64,000 bases of DNA from Actinomycetes bacterium (GCA_023429565.1 JAEZDJ010000065.1:3501-67500), one strand, 5' to 3'. Counted from the stretch's first letter, positions 9,491 to 19,744 are shown. Translations and numbers: made by a program. Notes: generated by a model from the letters alone, not told the origin.

Positions 9491-11707
9491 TCAGCCTCCT
9501 TGCACCAGATGCTCGATGGGAAAGACCATCCTCATCTCGCGCGCAAGGGCACGATGTCCCGGCAAGCTGAGGTGGGGATCCCCCTCCATGATGGCTGCCG
9601 CGTCAGCGTGGGCGGCCTCGATGACGGCACCGTCACGCATGACGTTCACCAGCTTGAGACCACCTGCGCCATGCTGGCGATTCCCTAGGATATCGCCCTC
9701 GCGACGCAACGACAAATCGTACGAAGCCAATTCGAACCCATCGTCGGTTCGCTCCATCGCAGCCAAGCGCGTGAGCGCCGTGTCGGACTTCGAAGCCGAA
9801 ATCAAGTGGACCTCAGCTGATTTGGTGCCACGCCCCACGCGGCCACGCAACTGATGGAGCTGTGAGAGACCGAACCGATCGGCATCCTCGATGATCATGA
9901 CGGTGGCGTTTGGCACGTCAACGCCCACTTCGATGACCGTGGTGGCCACGAGCACCTGCGAATCGCCCGTTGAAAACCGACGCATGGCTTCCTGCTTCTC
10001 CTTGCCGGCCATACGGCCGTGCAACAGCTCGACGCGATACCCGGCAAAGGTCTTTGCCTGGAGGAACGCAGCCTCCTGCTCGGCGGCCGCCACATCGTCT
10101 CCAGCCAAGTCGTCATCGCTTTCGATGCTGATGGCCGCATACTCCGTGCCCTCCTCGTCAGCCTCTCTGGTTCGCCCTCCCCCCTTCGCGTCACGTTCGT
10201 CACCTGATTTTCCAATCAAGGGGCACACGACATACACCTGCTCGCCACGCCCAAGGGCCGCAAGCGCCGCATCGTAGGCACGTCCACGCTCTGACTTTTG
10301 ATGCACCAAGGTCACGCGCTGCACCGTGTCAAAGGGCCGATGCATGAGATAGGACAGCGTCAGGTTTCCAAACAGGGCAAGCGCCAGCGTACGCGGAATG
10401 GGAGTGGCCGTGAGATAGAGGGCATCGGGAGCCTGCCCCTTTGCCAGAAGGGCGGCACGCTGGTCAACGCCGAACCGTTGCTGCTCGTCGATGACGACGA
10501 GCGTGCAGCGGGCGGGAGCGACGTCGTCCTCCAAAAGGGCGTGCGTACCAATCAACACGTCGACCGTTCCGCCGGAGACACGCGCGATTATGGCCTCCCG
10601 CTCCCCCGAAGGCGTCGATCCCGTGAGCAGCTCCCAGGTGATGCCTGCCGCATCGAGCAAAGGACCCAGGCTTTTGCCATGCTGGCGTGCCAAGACCTCG
10701 GTGGGCGCCATGAACAGCGCCTGCCCCCCCGTGTCGGAGGCCGCCGCCAAGGCAAAGGCGGCAACGATCGTCTTTCCCGTTCCCACATCGCCGAGAAGCA
10801 TGTGGCTTGCCGCCTTCGGAGCGGCCATCGCCGCCAGGATGTCATCACGCGCCGCAACCTGCTCCTCCGTGAGGGAGAAGGGCAGCGAGGCCGCAAAGGC
10901 TCGCAGGCGCGGCCCGTCGACGGCGTGGCTCACCGCGGGAAGCCCGGCGGTGCGCGCCTGCTCCTCGCTCATGAGCATGAGCTCCAAGAGGAGGAGCTCT
11001 TCGTATACGAGGCGTCGGCGGGCCTCGGAGGCCTCGTCGATGGCTTGGGGGAAATGAATGGATTCAAGCGCGGCACCACGGCTCATGAGGCGATATCGCG
11101 CCCGCAGGTCAAGCGGAAGGGGATCATGCAGCCCTTCGAGGGAGGAAAGGGCGTTGTCCACGAGGCGACGTACCCATGCCGTCGAAAGCTTTTCAGAAGC
11201 GGGGTGGACGGGGATGATCAGCCCCGGGGCAACCGCACCCCCCTCGAGGACCTCGATGAAGGGATTCGTCATCCGCTTGAACCCGTAATTGAACTCGAGC
11301 TTGCCCGCAACGGCAATGCGTGCGCCGGCTTTGACGGAGTCCATGAGCCACGGCTGCCTGAACGCCGTGACCATGAGCAATCCCGAATCGTCGACGACCG
11401 CGATCTCCACCAACGAAAGGCGCGGCTTGGGACGCTTCAGCTTGATCTCGTGCACGGTCCCTTCAATGGTGCATTGCTCGCCTATGCGGGCTTCGGCCAC
11501 CTTCACCTTGTGGGACATGTCAATGTAGCGACGGGGGAAATGCGTCACCAAGTCACGCACCGTCCGGATACCCATCGCCTCGAGGATGCGCACCCGTGCC
11601 GGGCTGGCCAAACGAACTCGACCAACCGGCTCGTCGAGCATGAGCGTGGCCGCCAGCCGGTCGGGGCCCACCCCGCTCTCGCCGTTCTTCGACATCGTCC
11701 CTGTCAC
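9491..11707 (-). CDS. recG: ATP-dependent DNA helicase RecG
   Basis: 738 aa. Wedge domain, GDVGTGKT (Walker A), DEQQRFG (DEQH box). The start may instead be the ATG at 11695. Confidence 0.92.
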   Translation of the reverse strand: MTGTMSKNGESGVGPDRLAATLMLDEPVGRVRLASPARVRILEAMGIRTVRDLVTHFPRRYIDMSHKVKVAEARIGEQCTIEGTVHEIKLKRPKPRLSLVEIAVVDDSGLLMVTAFRQPWLMDSVKAGARIAVAGKLEFNYGFKRMTNPFIEVLEGGAVAPGLIIPVHPASEKLSTAWVRRLVDNALSSLEGLHDPLPLDLRARYRLMSRGAALESIHFPQAIDEASEARRRLVYEELLLLELMLMSEEQARTAGLPAVSHAVDGPRLRAFAASLPFSLTEEQVAARDDILAAMAAPKAASHMLLGDVGTGKTIVAAFALAAASDTGGQALFMAPTEVLARQHGKSLGPLLDAAGITWELLTGSTPSGEREAIIARVSGGTVDVLIGTHALLEDDVAPARCTLVVIDEQQRFGVDQRAALLAKGQAPDALYLTATPIPRTLALALFGNLTLSYLMHRPFDTVQRVTLVHQKSERGRAYDAALAALGRGEQVYVVCPLIGKSGDERDAKGGGRTREADEEGTEYAAISIESDDDLAGDDVAAAEQEAAFLQAKTFAGYRVELLHGRMAGKEKQEAMRRFSTGDSQVLVATTVIEVGVDVPNATVMIIEDADRFGLSQLHQLRGRVGRGTKSAEVHLISASKSDTALTRLAAMERTDDGFELASYDLSLRREGDILGNRQHGAGGLKLVNVMRDGAVIEAAHADAAAIMEGDPHLSLPGHRALAREMRMVFPIEHLVQGG

Positions 11708-11815
11708 CTGCCAGTCACGATGCGGACGGAGGCATCCCGCTCTGTGATCTGCGGCGGAACGCTCCCGTTCCGTCGCAGCGCGTCTGATCTGATGCCCTGC
11801 GCCCGCATGCCTCGC

Positions 11816-13447
11816 CTATTCGACCGACATCACGACGGGATAGAGCGGCTGGTCACCGCGGTGGGAATCGATCTCCAGATCATCGTATTCACCCTGAATG
11901 CGTGCAAGCAGAGCCTCAAATTCGTCATCGCCGAGTTGATCGCCCGCAAGAATGGTCAGCGTGTCGGCATCGTCGGCGCCCATGCGCTCGAGCAGCTGCA
12001 GGACCACATCGTCGACCGTTGTGCCGACCGCCTCGATCAACCCGTCAGCGATGCCGATGACATCCCCGTTCGCTATGGGATTGTCATGCGCGTCCTTCGC
12101 ATCCTTGATGGCATGGGTGACCTCGCCGGTCTTGACGTCGGCATACGCCTCGGTCATTGCCGCGACGTTCTCCTCAAGGCTGCCGCCCTCGACGATGCCG
12201 AACAGCGCCGAGAACGCCTGCGGGACGCTGGTCGTGGGCACGACGGCACACGGCGTCTCGGACAGGTCGCAAGCGCTTTGGGCGGCCATGATAATGTTCT
12301 TGTTGTTCGGAAGGATGACCACTGCGTCGGCGTTGACCTTGCCCACCGCATCAAGAAGATCCTTCGTCGAGGGATTCATGGTCTGACCACCCGACACGAC
12401 CACGTCAACGCCCAAGCTTTCGAGTATCTTCGCGTTTCCCTCTCCTGCCGCCACCGCGACGAACCCGAGCGGCTTGCGCTCGGCCTCCTCCTCCGCCGCA
12501 AGGGCCTCGGTGCGGGCGGCGCTTTGAAGCTGCATGTTGTGGATATGGACCTCTGATATCTGTCCACGGGCAAGCATGTATGCCAGCACTTTGTCCGGCT
12601 CGTTCGTATGAACATGAACCTTGAAGTCGGGATTCTGGCCGACCAGCAGCTCGCAGTCACCCATCGTCCCAAGAAAATCAAGGCCTTCGGTGATCTCAAG
12701 CTCGTCCGATCGGACGAGGAACTCGGTGCAATAGCGGTACGCCGACCCCTCCCAGTCGTTGATCTGCTCGATCTCAACCTTCGGAGCAATGCCGCGCGCA
12801 AAGGCAAGCTCGTCCCCCAACGGTCCTTCTTTGCCAGTGAGGGCAGCGACGAACGCGTCGAAGAAGATTGCCAGTCCGAAACCGCCCGCGTCGACGACTC
12901 CATTGTCCTTCAGGACGGGCAGCAGGTCGGGAGTGCGCTGCACCGACGCATACGCCTCCGCCACAACGGCCTCCAAAACCTCATCGGTTTCCAGCTTCTT
13001 CTTGCGCGCATGGCGTGCGGCAGAAGCGGAATCCTTGAGCACGGTCAGGATGGTGCCTTCGACCGGCTTGCGCACGGCCTGGAACGCAACGCTCACCGCA
13101 TGGGAAAGGGCTGCATCGATGCTTTCGGCATTCAGGGACTCATGGCCCACGCTGCCTTCGCACAGGCCACGAAGAATCTGCGAGGTGATGACGCCGGAAT
13201 TGCCGCGGGCACCCATGAGCGCTCCGGTTGTGACAGCTTTGCGAACCTCAGTGCCATCCGCACCGATCGGCAGTCTGGCAAGATTTTCCACGACCGTCTC
13301 GAGCGTGAGGGACATGTTCGTGCCCGTGTCTCCGTCGGGGACGGGGAACACGTTAAGGCGGTTGATCTCGTCCTTGCGTTCGCTCAGCACCTTGCTCGCT
13401 GCGGCTATGCCGTTGAGGAGGTCGTTCGCGGTGTAGGATTCTGGCAT
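11816..13447 (-). CDS. yloV: DAK2-domain fusion protein YloV
   Basis: DGDTGTNMSLT Dak2 phosphatase-domain motif plus a DegV-like C-terminal half. Start ATG at 13447 follows AGGAGAG. Confidence 0.88.
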   Translation of the reverse strand: MPESYTANDLLNGIAAASKVLSERKDEINRLNVFPVPDGDTGTNMSLTLETVVENLARLPIGADGTEVRKAVTTGALMGARGNSGVITSQILRGLCEGSVGHESLNAESIDAALSHAVSVAFQAVRKPVEGTILTVLKDSASAARHARKKKLETDEVLEAVVAEAYASVQRTPDLLPVLKDNGVVDAGGFGLAIFFDAFVAALTGKEGPLGDELAFARGIAPKVEIEQINDWEGSAYRYCTEFLVRSDELEITEGLDFLGTMGDCELLVGQNPDFKVHVHTNEPDKVLAYMLARGQISEVHIHNMQLQSAARTEALAAEEEAERKPLGFVAVAAGEGNAKILESLGVDVVVSGGQTMNPSTKDLLDAVGKVNADAVVILPNNKNIIMAAQSACDLSETPCAVVPTTSVPQAFSALFGIVEGGSLEENVAAMTEAYADVKTGEVTHAIKDAKDAHDNPIANGDVIGIADGLIEAVGTTVDDVVLQLLERMGADDADTLTILAGDQLGDDEFEALLARIQGEYDDLEIDSHRGDQPLYPVVMSVE

Positions 13448-13543
13448 GGTGGGTCTATCTCTCCTTAGCATGGAGCTTCGTCCGCGAACCGCCGCGGGAG
13501 CCGCACCTGGCGGACGAAGCTCTCCTTCGATTGCGAGGCGCGA

Positions 13544-13891
13544 CTATTTGCGCACCTTGACGCCCTGCACATGCACCTCGACGCCGTCGAGCGGCACGCG
13601 TGCATACTCCTTGAGGGCAAACGAAACCTGGTCGATGAGATTCTGGGAAACGGTATTGATGTTCGTGCCATACTCGATGACGACGTACAGCTCGACGTGC
13701 ACACCCGCGTCGGTCGTCGTGACGACGACGCCACGACGCAGACGCGACGCAGGAAGTATCTTTGCGATTCCGTCGGCGGCGGAAGGGGCCGCCATACCGA
13801 CGACGCCATAGCATTCGAGCGCAGCGTTGCCGACCATATCGGCCAAGACGTCGTTTGCGACATGCAGATTGCCGGGAATCGTGTTGCTCAT
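13544..13891 (-). CDS. Asp23/Gls24 family envelope-stress protein
   Basis: MSNTIPGNLHVANDVLADMVGNAALECYGVVGMA is a typical Asp23 N-terminus. Internal ATG at 13891 is preceded by AAAGGA. Confidence 0.88.
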   Translation of the reverse strand: MSNTIPGNLHVANDVLADMVGNAALECYGVVGMAAPSAADGIAKILPASRLRRGVVVTTTDAGVHVELYVVIEYGTNINTVSQNLIDQVSFALKEYARVPLDGVEVHVQGVKVRK

Positions 13892-14015
13892 GGCTATCCT
13901 TTCATGGCACGAAGCGAATCGCGCACGGTTGAGACTGACGAAAGAGTATACCGCAAGCAGGCCCGTCTGTCCGATGCCCCTGCCCGCGGTGCTGCTCATA
14001 CTACACAAAAAATTC

Positions 14016-14045
14016 TTGTAAATCGATAGGTCGATATGGTATAGT
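14016..14045 (+). promoter_or_regulatory. Putative rpmB promoter (TTGTAA-N18 with extended -10 TGgTATAGT)
   Basis: -35 at 14016-14021; TG at 14037-14038; -10 at 14040-14045. AT-rich divergent region between asp23 and rpmB. Confidence 0.5.
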
Positions 14046-14111
14046 GTGAAGGCTTTTTTGTCATCAACGGTTTTCTATAAGACCTGAACCGAACGTAATG
14101 GAGTGAGAGCG

Positions 14112-14303
14112 ATGTCGAAGGTTTGTGAAGTTTGCGGTAAGGCTCCCGTCGCGGGGCGCAGTGTCAGCCACTCTCATCGAGTGACGAACCGCATGTTCCG
14201 TCCGAACATACAGAAGATCACGATCAAGGACAAGAGCGGTCATGTCCACAAGGCCAACGTGTGCACGAACTGCATGAAGGCTGGCAAGGTCGAGCGCGCC
14301 TGA
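14112..14303 (+). CDS. rpmB: 50S ribosomal protein L28
   Basis: MSKVCEVCGKAPVAGRSVSHSHRVTNRMFRPNIQKI... Start ATG at 14112 follows GGAGTGAGAG. Confidence 0.93.
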   Translation: MSKVCEVCGKAPVAGRSVSHSHRVTNRMFRPNIQKITIKDKSGHVHKANVCTNCMKAGKVERA

Positions 14304-14330
14304 CGCACCGCACTCTCCCGATTTCATGAC

Positions 14331-14358
14331 AAAGCCCGCGAAAGCGGGCTTTTTGCGT
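14331..14358 (+). terminator. Rho-independent terminator (probably bidirectional)
   Basis: AAAGCCCGC-gaaa-GCGGGCTTT followed by TTTGCGTT. A second hairpin CCAGGGGCA...TGCCCCTGG lies nearby, before the convergent gene. Confidence 0.8.
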
Positions 14359-14447
14359 TCATCCCTGTTCGTCGATCCACCAGGGGCAGGCGGTGGCCCA
14401 TGCCCCTGGAACGCGTCCGACCGCCTGGCAGATGGCCGGCAAAAGCC

Positions 14448-15167
14448 CTATTCCACAACCAGCAGCCGATTGCAGATCGGACAGGTGGCAAGAGGACGCT
14501 GCGCCTTCAGATCAATGAGGCGTCCCCCATCGATGGCCGCGCGGCATACGCCGCAACGTCCGTCGCGCAAGCGTCCGATGGCAACGCCGCTGCCCCGAAG
14601 CGCTGCCTTGTCATATGCTTCGGAAAGCTCGGGCGAAAGCACGGACGCGAGGGGTATCCGTTGCGCCTCGAGTCCGGCGATTTCGTCTTTCAGGGCGTTA
14701 CCTTCCTCCCGAAAGGCATCGATGGCTTCGCCCTCCCGTCGATCGAGCTCCGCCAACGCAGTCGCCACCTGCGCCTGGACACCCTCGATCCTCGCCAGAT
14801 CCTCGCCAAGCTTGGCCAATTCCTCTTCGAGCGCATTGCGGCGCTTGGCAAAGCCATTGAGTTCTTTCGTGCGCGTCTCGACGCTGCGGTAATCACCGCG
14901 CGCGGCGTCGATTTCCTCCTGAACCCGCTTCTGCTTGGCTGCAAGGGACTCGTCTTCGTCGCTGATGCGGTTGAGCTTGCCATTGGCCTCGGCATGCATC
15001 TTTTCCAGCTGGTCGCGCTTTATCTCGATCTCGCGTCTTTTCTCACGGGCTTTCAGGATGACCTTGCGCTGCGGCAACTCCTCATAGCGCTTGTTCGCGC
15101 GCATGAGCTCGAGGTCGATATGCTGCATTCCCAGCATGGCAGCAACATCGTCGGTTCTCGCTTGCAT
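14448..15167 (-). CDS. COG1579-type coiled-coil protein with C-terminal C4 zinc ribbon
   Basis: Coiled coil followed by CGVC...CPIC. Start ATG at 15167 follows AAAGGGG. Canonical partner of the upstream Nif3 gene. Confidence 0.82.
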   Translation of the reverse strand: MQARTDDVAAMLGMQHIDLELMRANKRYEELPQRKVILKAREKRREIEIKRDQLEKMHAEANGKLNRISDEDESLAAKQKRVQEEIDAARGDYRSVETRTKELNGFAKRRNALEEELAKLGEDLARIEGVQAQVATALAELDRREGEAIDAFREEGNALKDEIAGLEAQRIPLASVLSPELSEAYDKAALRGSGVAIGRLRDGRCGVCRAAIDGGRLIDLKAQRPLATCPICNRLLVVE

Positions 15168-15299
15168 GAAACCCCTTTCATTTCCATTCGAATATCTCTC
15201 ACATGCGGGCCTTGCCGGCCTACAGGCCCCTGACCCTCCCATTGACGGCGGATTCCCAGGATGCCGAACCGCCTTGCCGGAGATGTGCCCAGGGAAGCC

Positions 15300-16115
15300 T
15301 CATACTCTCAGCGATTCAGGATACGCCCAATTTTCATCTTGATCGATCACGGCGATCATCTCCTTCGGAACCCCAGCCTCTTCCACCGCCGAAGCGAGCA
15401 CCGCGACAAGGGGGAGTTCGCTCGTGTCATGCCCGAGTTCGATGACGGCGAGTCCCGCCTGCGAGAGAGCAAGCGCCTCATGGTATTTGACCTCGCCGCA
15501 AACGACACAGTCAACCCGGGCCCGCAAGCACAGCCTTCCCAGATCCCCGATTGCACCGGTGCAGGTGACAATCCGTTCGACCGCGCGGTCGAAATCGCCC
15601 CAAACGCGCGGTGCGCGGGCGAAAACCGACGTGCAACGGGCGGCAAGCTGGCCAAGCGTGAGAGAGTCATCGTCGTCGCGCACGCTGCAAAGTTGGCCGT
15701 AGCCTTTGCTCGGCGCTTCAGCCGCCCGCATGGCCACAGACTCGAATTCCAAGCTGAGCATTTCCGGCAACACCTGCTGGGCACGTTCGCTCACGTCGAG
15801 CGCCGTGTGGTAGGAGAGCAACGCCACGCCGTCTTCGATGGCCCGCCACACCAGTGCACCGGGCTCAATGCCCACCGAAGCTGCCGGAAGAAAGGACGTG
15901 GGAGGATCAAGGAAGGCGGGATGATGGGTCACCAGCACATTCGCACCTCGACGTGCGGCCTCCTCCACCGCCTTCACCGTGGGATCGAGGGAGACGGCAA
16001 CTCCCTTGACAAGACGGGCCGGGTCACCGACCGTCATGCCGGTGCGATCCCATCCCTCGGCATCATGAGCCGGAAACATCTCCAACAGCGCATAGTCAAG
16101 CGCGCCGACCGTCAT
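15300..16115 (-). CDS. Nif3-like dinuclear metal-centre protein (YbgI/YqfO family)
   Basis: MTVGALDYALLEMFP...ANVLVTHHPAFL...GHDTSE pattern. Track ORF extends to 16202; the internal ATG at 16115 fits the family N-terminus. Confidence 0.82.
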   Translation of the reverse strand: MTVGALDYALLEMFPAHDAEGWDRTGMTVGDPARLVKGVAVSLDPTVKAVEEAARRGANVLVTHHPAFLDPPTSFLPAASVGIEPGALVWRAIEDGVALLSYHTALDVSERAQQVLPEMLSLEFESVAMRAAEAPSKGYGQLCSVRDDDDSLTLGQLAARCTSVFARAPRVWGDFDRAVERIVTCTGAIGDLGRLCLRARVDCVVCGEVKYHEALALSQAGLAVIELGHDTSELPLVAVLASAVEEAGVPKEMIAVIDQDENWAYPESLRV

Positions 16116-16234
16116 CGCAAAGCCTTGTTTGGACAGCACGCCCGAAGCCCGCTGAGCAAGACCTGCCCGATCCACCTCATCAACACCGCCCACTGTAACC
16201 ATAGCGATCAGCCCTCTTTCGTAGTCGAAAACGT

Positions 16235-17074
16235 CTAGGGTTCGATGGTAACTTCTCGACGGTCGCCCGCTGCTGTCGGAACCGTTACCGTTCGATAACC
16301 TGCTTCGTACATGAGGCGATATGCTGCAGGGATGTCACGTGCAACATGTGCGGGAGTATGGGCGTCGGTGCCGACCGTGCAAGGCACTCCTGCACGGCAA
16401 AATGCAGAAAGGAGCTGGGGCGAGGGAAACATCTCCTTGCACGCGTAATACGATCCCGACGTGTTCACCTCGACCATTCGCCCGGATTCGGCCGCCGCTT
16501 CCGCGGCATGCTCGTAAAGGGGAGCCACGTCATAGGTGGGATAGCGGTTGAATTTCTTCGACAGGTCGGGGTGGGCCATGACATGGAAAGGCATGTCCGA
16601 CAAAACAGCTTCACACCATAAGTCAAAGTACCGCTTCCATATCTGATCGGGAGCATCTGGCTCGTCCCACCTTCCCCGCTGAGAGGGGTCGTCAAACGGC
16701 CAGGCATCCACAAAATGGACCGAACCCAAAATGAGGCGAAAGGGGGCGAGCGAAGCTTCCGCGATCTCACGGTCCTCATCGGCGCCCAGCCAATCGAGCT
16801 CACAGCCCGTGATGAGCTCGATTCCCGGATTGGCCTCGCGTGCAGCCTCGATCGCAGCGAGATACTCCTCGATGCGGGAGGATGGCATGGACAGGTATGC
16901 TGTCGGGTCAAAGGCATCCGAAAGGGGATAATGTTCGGTGATGCCAAGCGTGGTGATGCCGGCTGCGACCGCTGCCGACACCAGTTCGTCCACCGATCCT
17001 TCCCCATGTCCGCAGAATCCCGTGTGAGAATGGGTATTTATCAGTTCCACGCTCTCTCCTTCCAATGGAGACAA
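16235..17074 (-). CDS. PHP-domain histidinol-phosphatase family protein (HisJ-like)
   Basis: INTHSHTGFCGHGEG N-terminal PHP motif; GSVHF; VGTDAH. Confidence 0.8.
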   Translation of the reverse strand: MSPLEGESVELINTHSHTGFCGHGEGSVDELVSAAVAAGITTLGITEHYPLSDAFDPTAYLSMPSSRIEEYLAAIEAAREANPGIELITGCELDWLGADEDREIAEASLAPFRLILGSVHFVDAWPFDDPSQRGRWDEPDAPDQIWKRYFDLWCEAVLSDMPFHVMAHPDLSKKFNRYPTYDVAPLYEHAAEAAAESGRMVEVNTSGSYYACKEMFPSPQLLSAFCRAGVPCTVGTDAHTPAHVARDIPAAYRLMYEAGYRTVTVPTAAGDRREVTIEP

Positions 17075-18249
17075 GGCTCGATGGCCGAAATGAACGCATC
17101 CACATCATGCTCTGTCGTGTACCGCCCCATCGAGATGCGCAGGGCTCCTGCAGCCCGATCGCCGTCGATGCCCAAGGCGCGCAGCACATGGCTGGGCTCA
17201 AGAGAATGGGATGAGCAGGCAGAGCCGCCCGACACCCCAAAGCCTCTCATGTCAAAGCGCAGGATGAGCGTCTCGCTCTCCAGGCCGTCTGCCAACACAT
17301 GCACGATATTTGGCAGGAACGACTCACTTCCAGGCTCCACGTCAACGGTTGAGGCTATGCCGTCGATGGAGGAAAATGCCCCATACAGTCGGTCACGCAA
17401 GACGCGAAGCCGAGCTGCCTCCGCCTCCTGCGCACCGCATGCCGCCCGGCACGCCGCGGCAAATCCCATGGCACCGGCAACGTTCTGCGTGCTGCTTCGT
17501 CGCCCCGACTCCTGGCCCCCGCCCAGCATATAGGGCTCGAACGGTGTGCGGGCCTTGAGATAAAGCGCCCCGACTCCCTTGGGGCCACCAACCTTATGGG
17601 CCGAGAACGATGCCGCATCCACACCCAAATCCGCAAGGTGAAGGGGAACTTTGCCAAGCGCCTGGACGGCATCCGTGTGCATGAGAGAGCCGCCTTCATG
17701 TGCGACGCGCGTCAGGTCTGCGATGGGCTGCAGGCTGCCGACTTCGCTGTTCGCGGCCTGAATGGACACGAGCACCGTGCCGTCCTGCAGCGCCTCCTCG
17801 AGCATAGGTGGCTCAATGAACCCCTGGCGATTTGGACGCAGACGGGTGACCGAGAACCCCTCCGACTCAAGTCGCCTCGCCGGTGCGAGCACAGCATCAT
17901 GCTCGACGGCCGAGACGACGACGTGCGGGGCGATGCCGTCGCGACGGCGGCGGTCGGCGGCAGCATGCGCAATGCCGATGAGCGCCGTGTCATCGGCCTC
18001 CGTGGCGCCCGAAGTGAACACGATCTCGTCCGGACGAGAGGCACCCAAGTCGAGGGCTATGCTGCGGCGCGCGCCCTCGAGCGCGGCAAAGGCGGCCCGG
18101 CCGGGAGTGTGAAGCGAGTTGGCGTTGCCTCCCACTGCCATGTTGGCACGACCCGGCTGGCTGTAGGGAGCCATGGCCTCCGCCGCCTCTTCGCAGAGAG
18201 GGGCCGTCGCCGCATAGTCAAGATACACGTAGTCGTTCGAGAACGCCAT
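17041..18249 (-). CDS. Cysteine desulfurase (NifS/IscS class V aminotransferase)
   Basis: MAFSNDYVYLDYAATAP..., SAHKVGGPKG (PLP lysine), SGGSACSS active-site loop. Its ATG overlaps the rpe stop by 1 nt (TGATG). Confidence 0.88.
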   Translation of the reverse strand: MAFSNDYVYLDYAATAPLCEEAAEAMAPYSQPGRANMAVGGNANSLHTPGRAAFAALEGARRSIALDLGASRPDEIVFTSGATEADDTALIGIAHAAADRRRRDGIAPHVVVSAVEHDAVLAPARRLESEGFSVTRLRPNRQGFIEPPMLEEALQDGTVLVSIQAANSEVGSLQPIADLTRVAHEGGSLMHTDAVQALGKVPLHLADLGVDAASFSAHKVGGPKGVGALYLKARTPFEPYMLGGGQESGRRSSTQNVAGAMGFAAACRAACGAQEAEAARLRVLRDRLYGAFSSIDGIASTVDVEPGSESFLPNIVHVLADGLESETLILRFDMRGFGVSGGSACSSHSLEPSHVLRALGIDGDRAAGALRISMGRYTTEHDVDAFISAIEPCLHWKERAWN

Positions 18250-18956
18250 CACGCGACCCCCTTCCCGGACAAGGCGGACAAACGCGCACCCTCGGCGGCA
18301 GCGACGATGTCGACAAGGGCCCGCGCAGGGTCGTCGGCGCCGAACACTGCGTTGCCGCACACCAAGACGTCAGCACCTTTCGCCGCGACCAGGGGCGCGG
18401 TCTTGACGCCAATGCCTCCATCAACCTGGATAAGCGGCGAGGCGCCTACCGAGCGGGCCATCTCGGCCACACGGGCGACCTTGCCTTCGCTGTCCTCTAT
18501 ATAACTCTGTCCGGAGAATCCCGGCTCAACGCTCATGATCAGAACCATGTCGATGTCGCCGATAACCGGTGCCAAGACTCCGGCCGCCGTGCGGGGCTTC
18601 AAGCTGACAGCCGCCTTTGCCCCCGCGGCATGAATGGCCGAGATGGCGCGTGCAAGGCCATCGGCGTCAAGGGCCTCGGCATGCACCGTGACGGAATCGG
18701 CTCCCGCATCCAGAAACCATGGCAGTTGCTCAAGGGGATTCGTGATCATGAGATGCACGTCGAGAGGCAGCTTGGTCACCTTCCTCAACTGCTTCACGAC
18801 AGGCACGCCTATGGTCAAGTTGGGAACGAAATGGCCGTCCATGACATCGACATGGACAAAGCCTGCGCCCGCTTCTTCGATGAGAGCGATGTCCCGCCCA
18901 AGATTCATGAAGTCGGCCGAGAGGATTGACGGTGCGACTCTCACCGATTCGAACAT
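18249..18956 (-). CDS. rpe: Ribulose-phosphate 3-epimerase
   Basis: VAPSILSADF...HVDVMDGHFVPNLT...MSVEPGFSGQ...DGGI. Confidence 0.93.
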   Translation of the reverse strand: MFESVRVAPSILSADFMNLGRDIALIEEAGAGFVHVDVMDGHFVPNLTIGVPVVKQLRKVTKLPLDVHLMITNPLEQLPWFLDAGADSVTVHAEALDADGLARAISAIHAAGAKAAVSLKPRTAAGVLAPVIGDIDMVLIMSVEPGFSGQSYIEDSEGKVARVAEMARSVGASPLIQVDGGIGVKTAPLVAAKGADVLVCGNAVFGADDPARALVDIVAAAEGARLSALSGKGVA

Positions 18957-19105
18957 GTTGGCCTCCTTGTCAGTTCGGTTGCCTCCATTCTAGCGCAAGG
19001 GCGCGCGAACGCTCCAACCAAGAAAGGCAGCGGAGCAAAACAACACGCCTCATCACCGATTCGCTACATCCCGGCTCCTCTCCCCCGCTTCATTCCCAAG
19101 GACGA

Positions 19106-19111
19106 TATAAT
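19106..19111 (+). promoter_or_regulatory. Candidate -10 box TATAAT upstream of the MGMT-like gene
   Basis: Perfect hexamer 33 nt before the ATG. No convincing -35. Confidence 0.25.
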
Positions 19112-19143
19112 GAAAAGCCCCTCCGATTCAAAAGAAGGTTTTC

Positions 19144-19629
19144 ATGCATGCACGTTTGGCCACGCCTTCGTTTTATTCATATCGCACCCCTTTCGGCCCC
19201 GTCACCCTCCGATCCGACGGAAGCGGCATCACCGACCTCGCGTTCGGCACTGTCACCTTCGACGGGAACCTTCGACCCAGCGACCTGACTAACCGGGCGG
19301 CAAACGAATTGCTTGAATTCTTCGCCGGCAAGCGGCGCTGGTTCGACGTGCCCGTCAATCCGACAGGAAGCGCCTTCCAACAGATGGTTTGGAGCGAGGT
19401 ATGCCATATTCCCTACGGAGAAACGCAGACCAACGCACAGGTGGCCTCATCCTTAGGGAAACCTGATTCCTATCGCGTCGTCGGAAGCGCCGTGCGGCGC
19501 AATCCCGTGCCAGTACTCATTCCCGGGCACCGCGTGGTCGGCGTCGACGGCCACCCCCTCGGCACCGGTGCCGAGGCGAAAAGAGCGGAATGGCTCCTTG
19601 GCATCGAACGCCGAAACGTCGACTCCTGA
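19144..19629 (+). CDS. Methylated-DNA-protein-cysteine methyltransferase homologue lacking the acceptor cysteine (PGHRV instead of PCHRV); alkyltransferase-like
   Basis: FQQMVWSEVCHIPYGETQTNAQVA...RVVGSAVRRNPVPVLIPGHRVV aligns with the MGMT DNA-binding domain. Codon 19525-19527 is GGG (Gly128) at the Cys position. Confidence 0.8.
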   Translation: MHARLATPSFYSYRTPFGPVTLRSDGSGITDLAFGTVTFDGNLRPSDLTNRAANELLEFFAGKRRWFDVPVNPTGSAFQQMVWSEVCHIPYGETQTNAQVASSLGKPDSYRVVGSAVRRNPVPVLIPGHRVVGVDGHPLGTGAEAKRAEWLLGIERRNVDS

Positions 19630-19744
19630 AACGTTTCGACGTGGCCCTCCCCAGCGACTTCAGCAGGGAAGAAGACACAACTGTACCGGACAGGACAAGA
19701 GAGGAAACCTGTTGGAAAATCTGAGCGGATACAGCTCGAACGTC

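Noticed and set aside
10298-12556. 752-aa plus-strand ORF, one of the longest in the track.
   Set aside because: It lies antisense to recG and yloV, both of which have clear family motifs. It has no recognisable domain, is Arg/Gly/His-rich, and spans an intergenic gap of the real genes.
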